Shown piece after piece: positions 53,798 to 63,312 of a stretch of DNA of 64,000 nucleotides. Each line of letters starts with the position of its first letter. Positions within the stretch are counted from its first letter, which is position 1. The stretch is from an uncultured Bacteroidales bacterium. GTDB taxonomy: Bacteria > Bacteroidota > Bacteroidia > Bacteroidales > CAIWKO01. The notes beneath the pieces were generated by a model. It was not told where the DNA came from and ran no database searches. It worked only from the letters and a program-made list of their open reading frames with translations. The stretch lies in NCBI GenBank assembly GCA_903913285.1, contig CAIWKO010000067.1, forward strand, positions 204 to 64,203, given 5' to 3'. The position numbers and the translations under genes are program-made.

Positions 53798-55375
53798 ATG
53801 AGATTTAGAAAAGCAGTCATATTATTATTGATCTTGGTCTCTTTGGTGGCCTGCCGCAAAAAGATCACTCCGAGCTGGGATGTGGCAGTATATGCACCCT
53901 TGTTAAATGCCGATCTGGGATTTAACAACATCATTCCCGACTCGTTGCTGCAAACCAATCCCGATAATTCTCTGAGTTTGGTTTATCGCTATGCTTTCTA
54001 TAATTTTTCGCTCGATTCGCTGATGAGTTTTCCCGATACTATTTCGCATAAATATTTGCCGCCTGTTGGAGGTGCAGTTATCGCCCCGGGACAAATTTTC
54101 TTTAATTTCACCGAGAATTCCGTTCTGAATATTCCCCATGCCGATGTGGCCCGTGTTGATTTCAGAAGTGGTTTTCTGATACTGGAAGTATTTACTAGTA
54201 TCAATCAAAACTCATTCGTAACCTACAAAATTCCCTATGCTACCAAAGATGGCATCCCATTCGAAATTACTGAGGAGATACCCGCAGCAGCAGCCGGTAC
54301 AATAACTCATTTTACGAAAAAGATCGATATCTCTGGCTATAGTCTCGACATGAGAGGTCCCACGCATCTGGGCTCAAATATTTTGACCAATACAACTATT
54401 GCAAAACTTGACCCTGCCGGTGATACGGTATTTATGACAAATCTCGACATCTTCAATTTTAATGTCCGTTTCGAAGATCTGTCCTTTAATTATGCAAAAG
54501 GCTACTTTGGAAGCCAGCATACGGTTTTTGGTCCCGATACATCTGCTATCGATATTTTTAGCAATATCATTGCGGGCTCATTCAATTTTGAGTCGGCCAA
54601 ACTTAGTTTAGATGTTCAAAACGGTTTTGGTGTCGATGCGCAGGTTTTATTCAATTCCATTTCAACCATCAATTCAAAAACAGGTCAGGCCATCAATCTC
54701 ACCGATCCGATAATCGGGCAAACACTAAATATCTCGCGCGCCACCGAAACGTATAATTCTCAATCACCCGTTGCCCCATCTGTTTATCATTATCAGCTTA
54801 ATAATTCCAACATTCCGCAGATGATAGAGAATATGCCCGACATGATCTCATATAAAGTGCAGGTTACAACAAATCCGCTCGGGAATGTTTCGTCCGGTAA
54901 CGACTTCTTTTACTATGGCAATTACTTAAATGCTTCTTTGAATTTAGAAATTCCTTTATCGATCATTGCCAACAACCTCACACTTGCCGATACGGTTGTC
55001 TTAAATTTAGGCGATTATAACGATAATCCTGCATCTGGCAAATTAACATTGATAGCCGATAATGGATTTCCTTTCTCGGCCAATGTTCAGATCTATATGA
55101 TTGATGCTAACAATCATATTTCCGATTCTCTATTGGTCCTGAGCTTGATAGATGCCCCCCAACTTGATGCAAGCTACATGGTTGTTGCCCCCCGACGTTC
55201 CGAGTTGGTAATTAACCTGCCTGCTGATAAATATCTCGCGCTTTATAGCACCAAAAAAGTATGGGTTGTTGCACGATTCAACACAGCCGGAGCAAGTCAT
55301 TTTGTAAAAATCTACAGCTATTATAAATTAAAACTAAAACTTACCGGCGATTTCAATTATCTGGTTGAGATGTAA
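53798..55375 (+). CDS. hypothetical lipoprotein (525 aa)
   Basis: Signal peptide + lipobox (LVSLVACR). No recognised family. 10 nt after rarA and 5 nt before the next gene. Confidence 0.6.
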   Translation: MRFRKAVILLLILVSLVACRKKITPSWDVAVYAPLLNADLGFNNIIPDSLLQTNPDNSLSLVYRYAFYNFSLDSLMSFPDTISHKYLPPVGGAVIAPGQIFFNFTENSVLNIPHADVARVDFRSGFLILEVFTSINQNSFVTYKIPYATKDGIPFEITEEIPAAAAGTITHFTKKIDISGYSLDMRGPTHLGSNILTNTTIAKLDPAGDTVFMTNLDIFNFNVRFEDLSFNYAKGYFGSQHTVFGPDTSAIDIFSNIIAGSFNFESAKLSLDVQNGFGVDAQVLFNSISTINSKTGQAINLTDPIIGQTLNISRATETYNSQSPVAPSVYHYQLNNSNIPQMIENMPDMISYKVQVTTNPLGNVSSGNDFFYYGNYLNASLNLEIPLSIIANNLTLADTVVLNLGDYNDNPASGKLTLIADNGFPFSANVQIYMIDANNHISDSLLVLSLIDAPQLDASYMVVAPRRSELVINLPADKYLALYSTKKVWVVARFNTAGASHFVKIYSYYKLKLKLTGDFNYLVEM

Positions 55376-55380
55376 ACTGT

Positions 55381-56709
55381 ATGAAGCACAATTTTTTTAA
55401 ATATTCCATAGGTGCGTTGAGCTTGATAATTGCTGGTTTTATTAATACTCCGGCTTTTTGCCAATACAAATTTTCAAATTGTCCTTACGGGGCTTCGTCG
55501 GCTATGCTTCCTTCGGGCAATGAATCGTATGATGCAATTGATTTTAGCAAAGTTTATCTCGATCTGAGTTCTGAGTTTTATTTAAATTCCAACGGACTGA
55601 CAAATCAGTTTATCAGCGATTTTTACAACGGGAAATTTCTGAATGAACCGCTTAAAACTAAAAATCTCAACCGGCTCAACACTCAAAATAATTTATTTGG
55701 CTATATTTTCAATACCGGTTTATCGGTAAATATTCCTGCTAAAAGGAATGGGATCAGCTATTATGCTGCTTATGAAAATCATAATTTTATGGAACTACAG
55801 TTTCATAAGAATTTTTTCAATATTGTTTTTTTTGGTAATAAAGATTTTGCCGACCAATATGCTTCTCTTGATAAACAGTCAATGAAGATTTTGAACTATC
55901 AGCAAATAAAAGCGGGAATTGTAAAGACATGGTTTAAAAAAAATAGTGTAAGTGTATTTTCTGCAGGAATCGGAATAAATAATGGCCAGAATATTTTAGA
56001 ATACAACATCCCGAAAGCTACTTTTTTTACACAAAAAGAAGCCGAATACTTTTCGTTGGACATGAATATGAGCATGAAACGTAGCGATACACTGAATTCA
56101 AAATTCGGCGCTGAGAATGGTTCGGGCTTAAGCGTAGATCTGTCATATTATCATCGTGATTCCAGGAGTTCATTCGAAATTAAGGTGGAAGACCTCGGTT
56201 ATATTCGCTGGAATAAAAATTCTCAACAATACACAAAAGACACTCTGGTTTATTTCGACGGGATTGAAATTAAGAACATTCTCGACATTAATTCTCAAAC
56301 TATTAAAGGGATGTCTGGCGACAGTATTTTAAATGCCTTTGCTTTTGCCAATAAAACCAAAGCTTTCACCGAAATGATACCAATGAAAGCCTCCATAAAC
56401 TATACCCGCTATTTTTTTCACGACAAATTGTCACTATCTCTAAGTCTTATCGAATATCATTTTTTGCATTTCAAACCCCTGATCCGTTTTGTGCCTTCAT
56501 ATAATATTCCGGTAAAAAGATCGAAAATTTGTATCGCTCCCAGTTTCGAATATGGTGGCTATGGCAAATTTAATTGTGGTTTGGGAGTATCAGCATCAGT
56601 GTATCGAAAATTCTATATTGAACTAAATACCGGTTTTATTAATGCCTATGCTGGTTCTCAGAATGCTGCCGGTTTGGGTGCTATGGTTTCAATAATTAAA
56701 ACCTTGTAA
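55381..56709 (+). CDS. hypothetical outer-membrane (beta-barrel-like) protein (442 aa)
   Basis: Signal peptide (INTPAFC/QY). Alternating beta-strand pattern rich in Y/F/G/N. No family recognised with confidence. Confidence 0.55.
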   Translation: MKHNFFKYSIGALSLIIAGFINTPAFCQYKFSNCPYGASSAMLPSGNESYDAIDFSKVYLDLSSEFYLNSNGLTNQFISDFYNGKFLNEPLKTKNLNRLNTQNNLFGYIFNTGLSVNIPAKRNGISYYAAYENHNFMELQFHKNFFNIVFFGNKDFADQYASLDKQSMKILNYQQIKAGIVKTWFKKNSVSVFSAGIGINNGQNILEYNIPKATFFTQKEAEYFSLDMNMSMKRSDTLNSKFGAENGSGLSVDLSYYHRDSRSSFEIKVEDLGYIRWNKNSQQYTKDTLVYFDGIEIKNILDINSQTIKGMSGDSILNAFAFANKTKAFTEMIPMKASINYTRYFFHDKLSLSLSLIEYHFLHFKPLIRFVPSYNIPVKRSKICIAPSFEYGGYGKFNCGLGVSASVYRKFYIELNTGFINAYAGSQNAAGLGAMVSIIKTL

Positions 56710-56710
56710 G

Positions 56711-58195
56711 ATGAAGATGTTTTTAAAAATAGTTTTTACAGTATTGAACATAGTTTTGTTTGTTTTTCTTTCTAAGGCCCAGGTATTGGAATTTAACAAA
56801 ACCTATGGCGAAATGACCTATAATTATGGCCAGAGGATCATTCAGGCTAGCGATAAAGGATATTTTATTTTAGGAAACGAAAGCGGCGACATTGGCAACA
56901 CTAATATTCATATTATCCGAACCGATTCATTGGGAACTATTCTTTTTGAGAAGATAATCGGTGATGCATCGCTTTATTGGGCAAATGATTTTAAACGTAC
57001 TTCCGACAAGGGTTTGTTGATCACCGGATTTACAAATAGCAATCCCGACAAAGGCTATGATGTTTTATTAATTAAAACCGATTCAAATGCAAATGTTGAA
57101 TGGCAGAAAACTTATGGCGGCGACAATTGGGATATGGCCAATGCAGTTGTTGAAACCAAGGACAGTACGTACCTTGTGGTGGGTGAAACCTATAGTTATG
57201 GGCCTGCAAACGAAAATATTTACATCATTAAAACTAATTTCAACGGAGATACCATCTGGACCAGAACCTTTGGCGGTGATAGTACTGATTATGCCATGGC
57301 CGCTGATGTTTTGTTCGATAGTTCTTATTTGATAGGAGCCACAACCAATAGTTTCGGGCATGGTAACTTCGATGGTTATGTCTTAAACCTTACAAAAAAT
57401 GGTGACACTATCTGGACTCAAACCTACGGCGAAGACAAAGAAGACATTCTCAACTCAATTAAACAAACTCCCGATTCAGGTTTTGTTTTTGTTGGGTCTA
57501 CAACTAGTTATAATGCCATTCAACATGAAAACTGGTTGATGAGGTTTGATAAAAGCAAAAATTTTGTATGGAAAATACCCGAGTTTTGGCAAATATTGTC
57601 TGGTGATGATGTCTTTACAGATGTGATCATTACTGATTCTGCTCAATATGCCATATCTGGTTATTCCACCAGTATAGGAAATGGAGGATACGATGCGGTT
57701 TTTTATTTGATGGGTGAATTTCCAATATTCAAATGTAGTCATTCGGATGGCTCAAGTGGCGATGAGAAAGCGTTTCAGGTAATTCAAACTGAGGATAAAA
57801 CATTTGCAATAATTGGAAACACTAATAACATGGGAATTAGTTTGTCGAATATTTATTTAATAAAAATGGGGCTGGATTGTAGTTATAATAATACAACACA
57901 AAGTATTGTAGGACTAAATCACCAATTTTCAACAAGCTTTATTAAGTCAGTTTCAGTAACTCCAACTCTTTCAGACGGAATTTTCCTGATTTCTTTTCCA
58001 GAATCAATAATTATGAATTATAAAATTCTAATAAGCGACATAGAAGGCAGAATAATCCTTACTGATAATATTCAAAACCAACAATATCAAACTTACAAAG
58101 TGGATTTAAGCAGTGCAACTAACGGCATGTATTTTATTACTGTTATTGATGAGCAGAGTTTCAATACAATAAAAGTAGTAAAAGTTGGAAATTGA
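56711..58195 (+). CDS. beta-propeller-repeat protein with T9SS C-terminal sorting domain
   Basis: Six to seven repeats of about 50 aa (..YGG..D.A..V..T.D..Y...G.T.S.G....D..LIKT...G...W.KT). C-terminal VSVTPTLSDGIFLISF...GMYFITVID...KVVKVGN. Confidence 0.7.
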   Translation: MKMFLKIVFTVLNIVLFVFLSKAQVLEFNKTYGEMTYNYGQRIIQASDKGYFILGNESGDIGNTNIHIIRTDSLGTILFEKIIGDASLYWANDFKRTSDKGLLITGFTNSNPDKGYDVLLIKTDSNANVEWQKTYGGDNWDMANAVVETKDSTYLVVGETYSYGPANENIYIIKTNFNGDTIWTRTFGGDSTDYAMAADVLFDSSYLIGATTNSFGHGNFDGYVLNLTKNGDTIWTQTYGEDKEDILNSIKQTPDSGFVFVGSTTSYNAIQHENWLMRFDKSKNFVWKIPEFWQILSGDDVFTDVIITDSAQYAISGYSTSIGNGGYDAVFYLMGEFPIFKCSHSDGSSGDEKAFQVIQTEDKTFAIIGNTNNMGISLSNIYLIKMGLDCSYNNTTQSIVGLNHQFSTSFIKSVSVTPTLSDGIFLISFPESIIMNYKILISDIEGRIILTDNIQNQQYQTYKVDLSSATNGMYFITVIDEQSFNTIKVVKVGN

Positions 58196-58224
58196 AGTTA
58201 ATTGTAATATAATAAAGAAAAGTA

Positions 58225-58860
58225 CTATTCCTTCCCCTTATATTTCTTTTCTCCTGCAATAATCTTAACCTGCAAATGATTTTCCTGAGGCGGAATAGGG
58301 CAGGAGTATTTTGGATTGTGATAGCAGCACAGCGGATTGAAAGCTTTGTTGAAATCAATAATTAACTCTTCACCTGAGGAAGGGATCACTAACTCCAGAA
58401 AACGACCACCACCATAAGTGTGTTTACCGTTCGTCAGATCTTTGAACGGGAGAAACAGATCGTTCTTGTATTGTTCGTCTGTAATAAGCTTCATGTATTG
58501 ATACACGCTCAGTTTGCACACTTTCCCGTTAAGGGTAAAAGTAGCTTCGCCGTATTTTCGGTATGTTGCCGTGTTGCCTTTCGAACGTGGCATTTCAAAA
58601 GGCTGTTCGTCAGGGGTTAGCACAAGTTTTGCTATCACACGGTATTTCGTTTTGATCGGGTAAAAGACTATTTTTTTAAAGGCTTTTAGTCCTTCTTTGG
58701 TGAGTGGAGTTTCTGCTGTGTCGGCAAACTCTTTGTTCATATCGGCTCTGTAACTTAGATTATCTTTGATAATGTCTTTTTTAGTAGTTTGTGCAATTAG
58801 GTTATTGTTTGCAGCAAACATTAAAGCTATCAGAAATAATAAATGAACTGATTTTCGCAT
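58225..58860 (-). CDS. DUF1684 domain-containing protein
   Basis: Signal peptide. C-terminal FNKAFNPLCCYHNPKYSCPIPPQENHL matches the conserved DUF1684 motif (recalled). Confidence 0.7.
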   Translation of the reverse strand: MRKSVHLLFLIALMFAANNNLIAQTTKKDIIKDNLSYRADMNKEFADTAETPLTKEGLKAFKKIVFYPIKTKYRVIAKLVLTPDEQPFEMPRSKGNTATYRKYGEATFTLNGKVCKLSVYQYMKLITDEQYKNDLFLPFKDLTNGKHTYGGGRFLELVIPSSGEELIIDFNKAFNPLCCYHNPKYSCPIPPQENHLQVKIIAGEKKYKGKE

Positions 58861-58906
58861 GGTCTGTTTTTTTAGTCAAATATAATAATAATCTTCACAG
58901 AAGTCG

Positions 58907-58914
58907 TATTTTTG
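58907..58914 (+). promoter_or_regulatory. Bacteroidota -7 promoter box (TAnnTTTG)
   Basis: tatttttg overlaps the tracked TTG start (58912), which favours the ATG at 58936. Confidence 0.45.
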
Positions 58915-58935
58915 TTTTGTCCTGAATCTAAAATA

Positions 58936-59955
58936 ATGCCGAAACAAGAAAACAACAGTAAGAAATTTCTGCAATTCTATGCGTTCGCCAAACGATTTGG
59001 TCTCGATGGTTTTATTATTGCATTGGTCTCAGTGATAGTGCTGGCATATTTTTGGCCTCAGGTCGGTTCAAAAGATTCACCCGTACCACTTTCCGATATT
59101 GCCAACTACGGTGTTTCCGTCATCTTCTTTTTCTATGGATTACGATTGAGCGCCCGGAAGTTGATTGAGGGTATCAGCAACTGGCGGCTTCACTTGGTGG
59201 TGCATTCCGCAACTTTTATTGTGTTTCCCCTATTGGTTTTGGCGGCACGTTTTGCATTCGGCAATAGTTCACTGCCGGTAATCTGGCTAGGTATCTTCTT
59301 TCTGGCAAGTCTTCCGTCAACCGTTTCGTCATCAGTGGTGATGGTATCCATTGCAGGTGGCAACATCCCGGGGGCAATCTTCAATGCAAGCATATCGACT
59401 CTTATAGGTGTCTTTATCACACCACTCTGGATGGGTTTGTTTATGAAGGCATCTGCAGGCAGTTTCGATCTTGTCCCTGTAATAATAAAACTTTTACTTC
59501 AAGTTATTTTGCCTGTAGTGTTGGGTATATTACTGCATTCAAAATTGGGTGCGTTTGCCGAACGGCATCGCAAAAAACTCCGTTATTTCGACCAAACCAT
59601 CATTTTGCTCATAGTCTACACTTCCTTCTGTGAATCTTTTGCCAAAAAAATGTTCGAAGGCTATTCAGCATTGTTTCTGATTGAACTTGGAGCCGGTATG
59701 ATAGCATTGTTCTATTTAGTATACGGCATAGTATATGCCGCAAGCAAGCTGTTGAAATTTAACCGCGAAGATAAGATTACAACCATGTTTTGCGGGTCGA
59801 AAAAGTCACTGGTACACGGCACGGTTATGTCGAAGGTGCTGTTTGCCGGAAGTCCTTATATTGGCATTGTTTTGCTTCCCATTATGATGTATCATGCTCT
59901 GCAACTGGTGATGGTGAGTATTATAGCTCAAAAGATGGTTCGAAAAAACACTTAA
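58936..59955 (+). CDS. bile acid:sodium symporter (SBF/YfeH-like) family transporter
   Basis: About 9-10 TM helices. FFLASLPSTVSSSVVM and CGSKKSLVHG segments are typical of the family. Confidence 0.7.
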   Translation: MPKQENNSKKFLQFYAFAKRFGLDGFIIALVSVIVLAYFWPQVGSKDSPVPLSDIANYGVSVIFFFYGLRLSARKLIEGISNWRLHLVVHSATFIVFPLLVLAARFAFGNSSLPVIWLGIFFLASLPSTVSSSVVMVSIAGGNIPGAIFNASISTLIGVFITPLWMGLFMKASAGSFDLVPVIIKLLLQVILPVVLGILLHSKLGAFAERHRKKLRYFDQTIILLIVYTSFCESFAKKMFEGYSALFLIELGAGMIALFYLVYGIVYAASKLLKFNREDKITTMFCGSKKSLVHGTVMSKVLFAGSPYIGIVLLPIMMYHALQLVMVSIIAQKMVRKNT

Positions 59956-60076
59956 GGATTTGATAGATATTTTGTTTCCAAAATATCTTTATTTCCATAG
60001 GAACTCATAAGGGAGTAATTTTCTTTTATTGTTTTGGCAATAATATTTATCTTAGCGCCACTTTTGCACCTATTAA

Positions 60077-61501
60077 ATGGTTTTTAGCAGCATCGTTTTT
60101 CTTTTATATTTTCTGCCGCTGTTTTTATTGGCATATTATCTTGTCGATAAAAGATACAAAAACATTGTTATCCTTCTTTTTAGCATTTTCTTCTATAGTT
60201 GGGGTGCTCCAAAGTTCATATTTGTTATTCTCGGCACTACTTTTCTCGATTTCCATTTGGTAAAATGGATGTCGCAAACCAAAAGTCAATTGAGCCGGAG
60301 ATTGATGTTAACCTTATCCGTGTCGGTCAATCTTGGGCTTTTGTTTTATTTCAAGTATTCCAACTTCTTTATTGATAATGTGAATGTTTTGCTTTCTGTT
60401 TTTGGCGACAAAAATATACAATGGACAAAATTGGTCATGCCTATCGGAATCTCTTTTTATACCTTTGAAACGATCACATACGTGGTTGATGTTTACCGGA
60501 GGGTCCATAAACCGTTGAAGAATTTTTGGGACTATCAACTTTATATCATCCTGTTCCCAAAGCTAATAGCAGGTCCTATTATCCGCTATCACGATCTTGC
60601 TGACCAGATCACCGACCGTAGCCAGAACGAAACCATCGACAATATGCTCATCGGATTCTATCGTTTTGCTATCGGACTGGCAAAAAAAGTATTGATCGCC
60701 AACCAACTTGGACAGCAGGCCGACACAATATTTGCTCTGAATATCTCTGGTATAGATACCTATACTGCCTGGATTGGAATTCTTGCCTATACCTTTCAGA
60801 TTTATTTTGATTTTTCGGGTTATTCAGATATGGCAATAGGTTTAGCGAAGATGATAGGGTTTAATTTTCCCGAAAACTTCAATAATCCTTACATTTCGAG
60901 AAGCATAACAGAGTTTTGGCGCCGGTGGCACATATCGCTTGGTGCATGGATGCGCAACTACTTATATATCCCACTGGGTGGCAATCGAGTTGCGTTCAAA
61001 GGGCGGTTATATTTTAATCTCTGGTTTGTTTTTCTGATTTCAGGTCTGTGGCACGGAGCATCCTGGAGTTTTGTATTTTGGGGTGCATATCACGGAGTGT
61101 TTTTAGTGCTCGAAAGATTGTTCCTGCTTAAAGCATATGACAAGATTGGGAAATTTGCCAGCACGGCCATCACGTTCTTCGTGGTGGTTGTCGGATGGGT
61201 ATTTTTCAAGGTGGTGAAACTCGCAGACGCATTCGGATATCTGAGACGCATGTTTGCTTTCGATTTTCGTCATGGGATGAGTTTTAGCGCTGATTTTTAT
61301 ACGTATTTAATAATTGCGGTGTTTTTTGCATTTTTCACTTATTTCAAAAAAGGTCAGAAAATACAGGATACTATATTTTTTAACGACTATACCACATTAA
61401 GGCATGTGTCGGTTTCGTGTTTGGCTGTGTTGCTGTTGATTCTTTCTATCAGTTCAATAACGGCTTTTGGTTTTAACCCCTTTATTTATTTCAGGTTTTA
61501 G
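60077..61501 (+). CDS. MBOAT family O-acyltransferase (AlgI/DltB-like)
   Basis: Polytopic membrane protein. FWRRWHISL and GLWHGASW (conserved His) motifs. 474 aa. Confidence 0.85.
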   Translation: MVFSSIVFLLYFLPLFLLAYYLVDKRYKNIVILLFSIFFYSWGAPKFIFVILGTTFLDFHLVKWMSQTKSQLSRRLMLTLSVSVNLGLLFYFKYSNFFIDNVNVLLSVFGDKNIQWTKLVMPIGISFYTFETITYVVDVYRRVHKPLKNFWDYQLYIILFPKLIAGPIIRYHDLADQITDRSQNETIDNMLIGFYRFAIGLAKKVLIANQLGQQADTIFALNISGIDTYTAWIGILAYTFQIYFDFSGYSDMAIGLAKMIGFNFPENFNNPYISRSITEFWRRWHISLGAWMRNYLYIPLGGNRVAFKGRLYFNLWFVFLISGLWHGASWSFVFWGAYHGVFLVLERLFLLKAYDKIGKFASTAITFFVVVVGWVFFKVVKLADAFGYLRRMFAFDFRHGMSFSADFYTYLIIAVFFAFFTYFKKGQKIQDTIFFNDYTTLRHVSVSCLAVLLLILSISSITAFGFNPFIYFRF

Positions 61502-61503
61502 TT

Positions 61504-62646
61504 ATGAAGAAGGCAGGAAAGAACATACGGGGTTTATTATTTTTGGCGATAATGTTCTTATTAATCGTTCCGTTTGTTCAGAACAAGTTCGAATTCGTTA
61601 AACTCGATCCTTTGTCCGGGGACATTAAAATTCCTGAACGAAGTTACCTTAAATTCAAAGATTGGTTTTCGGGCAATTATCAGCAACACACCGAAAAATA
61701 CCTGAACGAAACATTTGGTTTCAGAAACTTTTTTGTTCGTCTGAATAATCAGATTGCCTACGATCTGTTCGGCAAGATCAGCGCAAAACAGGTTGTGATC
61801 GGCAAAAATGATATGATGTATGAAGAAAGCTACATTAAGGCGTATTATGGCAGCGATTTTATCGGCAAAGACAGTATTATGCACCGTATGCAAAAACTGA
61901 AATTCATTCAGGATACAATGAGCAAACTGAACAAAAGTCTCATCATTATTTTTGCTCCCGGCAAAGCGTCTTTCTATCCTGAGTTTATTCCGGATAGCTG
62001 TAAGACCATAAAGAAAATCACCAATTACGAATATCATATAAAGCTCGCTCAGGAGTTCGGCTCGAACTATATCGACTTTAACCGCTATTTTATTGACCAT
62101 AAACACACTTCCAAATATCCTTTATATCCTAAATGCGGCATTCACTGGAGCTATTATGGTGCCTGTTTGGCTGCCGATTCCATTATTCATTATATCGAAG
62201 TGCTTCGCCGCATAAATATGCCTCATTTGTATTGGAATAAAGTTGAAATAGCCGACCCCAAAGAAGGCGATAATGATATTGGCGATGGTATGAATTTGTT
62301 ATTCGGAATAAACCCAGGGAAACTTGCTTATCCCAAATTGAAGTTTCAATCAGATTCAGGGAAAACAAAACCTACGGTGATGGTGGTCTCTGATAGCTAT
62401 TACTGGGTAATGTATGGATTTGGCATTAACAGAGCCTTTGGCAATAACCATTTTTATTTTTATGGTAAAAAAATATATCCCGAAAGTTTTAAATCAACAT
62501 TGGAAATCAAACAGGTGGATTTTGCCGAACAAATTGCGCAACACGAAGTCATAATTATTATGGCAACCGAGCCAACCCTGGGTGATATGGGCTGGGGATT
62601 TATTGAAAAACTTTACGATCTTTATAAAAAGAAACCTTTGCATTGA
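61504..62646 (+). CDS. membrane-anchored AlgJ/AlgX-like (DHHW/SGNH-type) partner of the MBOAT protein
   Basis: One N-terminal TM helix. IIFAPGKASFYPEFIP and KCGIHWSYYGA resemble the (I/V)PxK and DxHW motifs of AlgJ/AlgX-type O-acetyltransferases. Starts 2 nt after the MBOAT stop. Confidence 0.55.
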   Translation: MKKAGKNIRGLLFLAIMFLLIVPFVQNKFEFVKLDPLSGDIKIPERSYLKFKDWFSGNYQQHTEKYLNETFGFRNFFVRLNNQIAYDLFGKISAKQVVIGKNDMMYEESYIKAYYGSDFIGKDSIMHRMQKLKFIQDTMSKLNKSLIIIFAPGKASFYPEFIPDSCKTIKKITNYEYHIKLAQEFGSNYIDFNRYFIDHKHTSKYPLYPKCGIHWSYYGACLAADSIIHYIEVLRRINMPHLYWNKVEIADPKEGDNDIGDGMNLLFGINPGKLAYPKLKFQSDSGKTKPTVMVVSDSYYWVMYGFGINRAFGNNHFYFYGKKIYPESFKSTLEIKQVDFAEQIAQHEVIIIMATEPTLGDMGWGFIEKLYDLYKKKPLH

Positions 62647-62664
62647 AAATGAACGAATATTTCT

Positions 62665-62672
62665 TATCTTTG
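62665..62672 (+). promoter_or_regulatory. Bacteroidota -7 promoter box (TAnnTTTG)
   Basis: tatctttg, 34 nt upstream of ATG 62707. Confidence 0.45.
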
Positions 62673-62706
62673 GGCTTGCATCCATCCTTTATAAAGCAAT
62701 AGAACT

Positions 62707-63240
62707 ATGAACGAGATCTCAAGAAATATACAACTCCGAAGTTTTACCGAAAACGATATTCCTCTTATGGCTATGCTTGCAAACAACGAAAAGGTTAGCC
62801 GCAACATGAGAGATGGTTTTCCTCATCCCTACACTCTGGAAGACGCCAAAGGTTTTATCTGGATCTGTAGGCAGCAAGACCCTGTTATTGCTTTGGCCAT
62901 TGAATTTGATGACGAATATGTTGGCAACATAGGCGTTAGCATTGGTAATGATGTTTACCGGAAATCGGCCGAAATAGGCTACTTTATTGGTGAGCCCTAC
63001 TGGAACAAAGGCATAGCAACCATGGCTGTAGATCTGATGATCGATTATGCTTTCGGCAAACTTGGTTTGGCAAGGTTACATACAGGTATCTTTGAATATA
63101 ATCCTGCCTCAATGCGTGTTTTGGAGAAATGCGGCTTCCAAAAAGAAGGTGTTTTCATAAAATCAGTTTTCAAAAACGGTCGTCTGTGGAACGAACACCG
63201 CTATGCGCTTATCAATCCCAAGTGGAAACATGAGTTTTGA
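62707..63240 (+). CDS. GNAT family N-acetyltransferase (RimJ/RimL-like)
   Basis: 177 aa. Acetyl-CoA-binding region YWNKGIATMAV and conserved ...EKCGFQKEG. Confidence 0.8.
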   Translation: MNEISRNIQLRSFTENDIPLMAMLANNEKVSRNMRDGFPHPYTLEDAKGFIWICRQQDPVIALAIEFDDEYVGNIGVSIGNDVYRKSAEIGYFIGEPYWNKGIATMAVDLMIDYAFGKLGLARLHTGIFEYNPASMRVLEKCGFQKEGVFIKSVFKNGRLWNEHRYALINPKWKHEF

Positions 63241-63286
63241 CGAATAACTTTAGGCCTTCGTCCAAATTAAATTCAGTAAAAAATAG

Positions 63287-63294
63287 TACATTTG
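63287..63294 (+). promoter_or_regulatory. Bacteroidota -7 promoter box (TAnnTTTG)
   Basis: tacatttg, 18 nt upstream of ATG 63313. Confidence 0.5.
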
Positions 63295-63312
63295 CTCTAT
63301 AAACCTTTGAGT

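Noticed and set aside
53017-53958. 313-aa ORF on the minus strand
   Set aside because: It is antisense to rarA, which has clear Walker A/B and MgsA motifs, and to the start of the downstream lipoprotein gene. It has no recognisable motif; shadow ORF.
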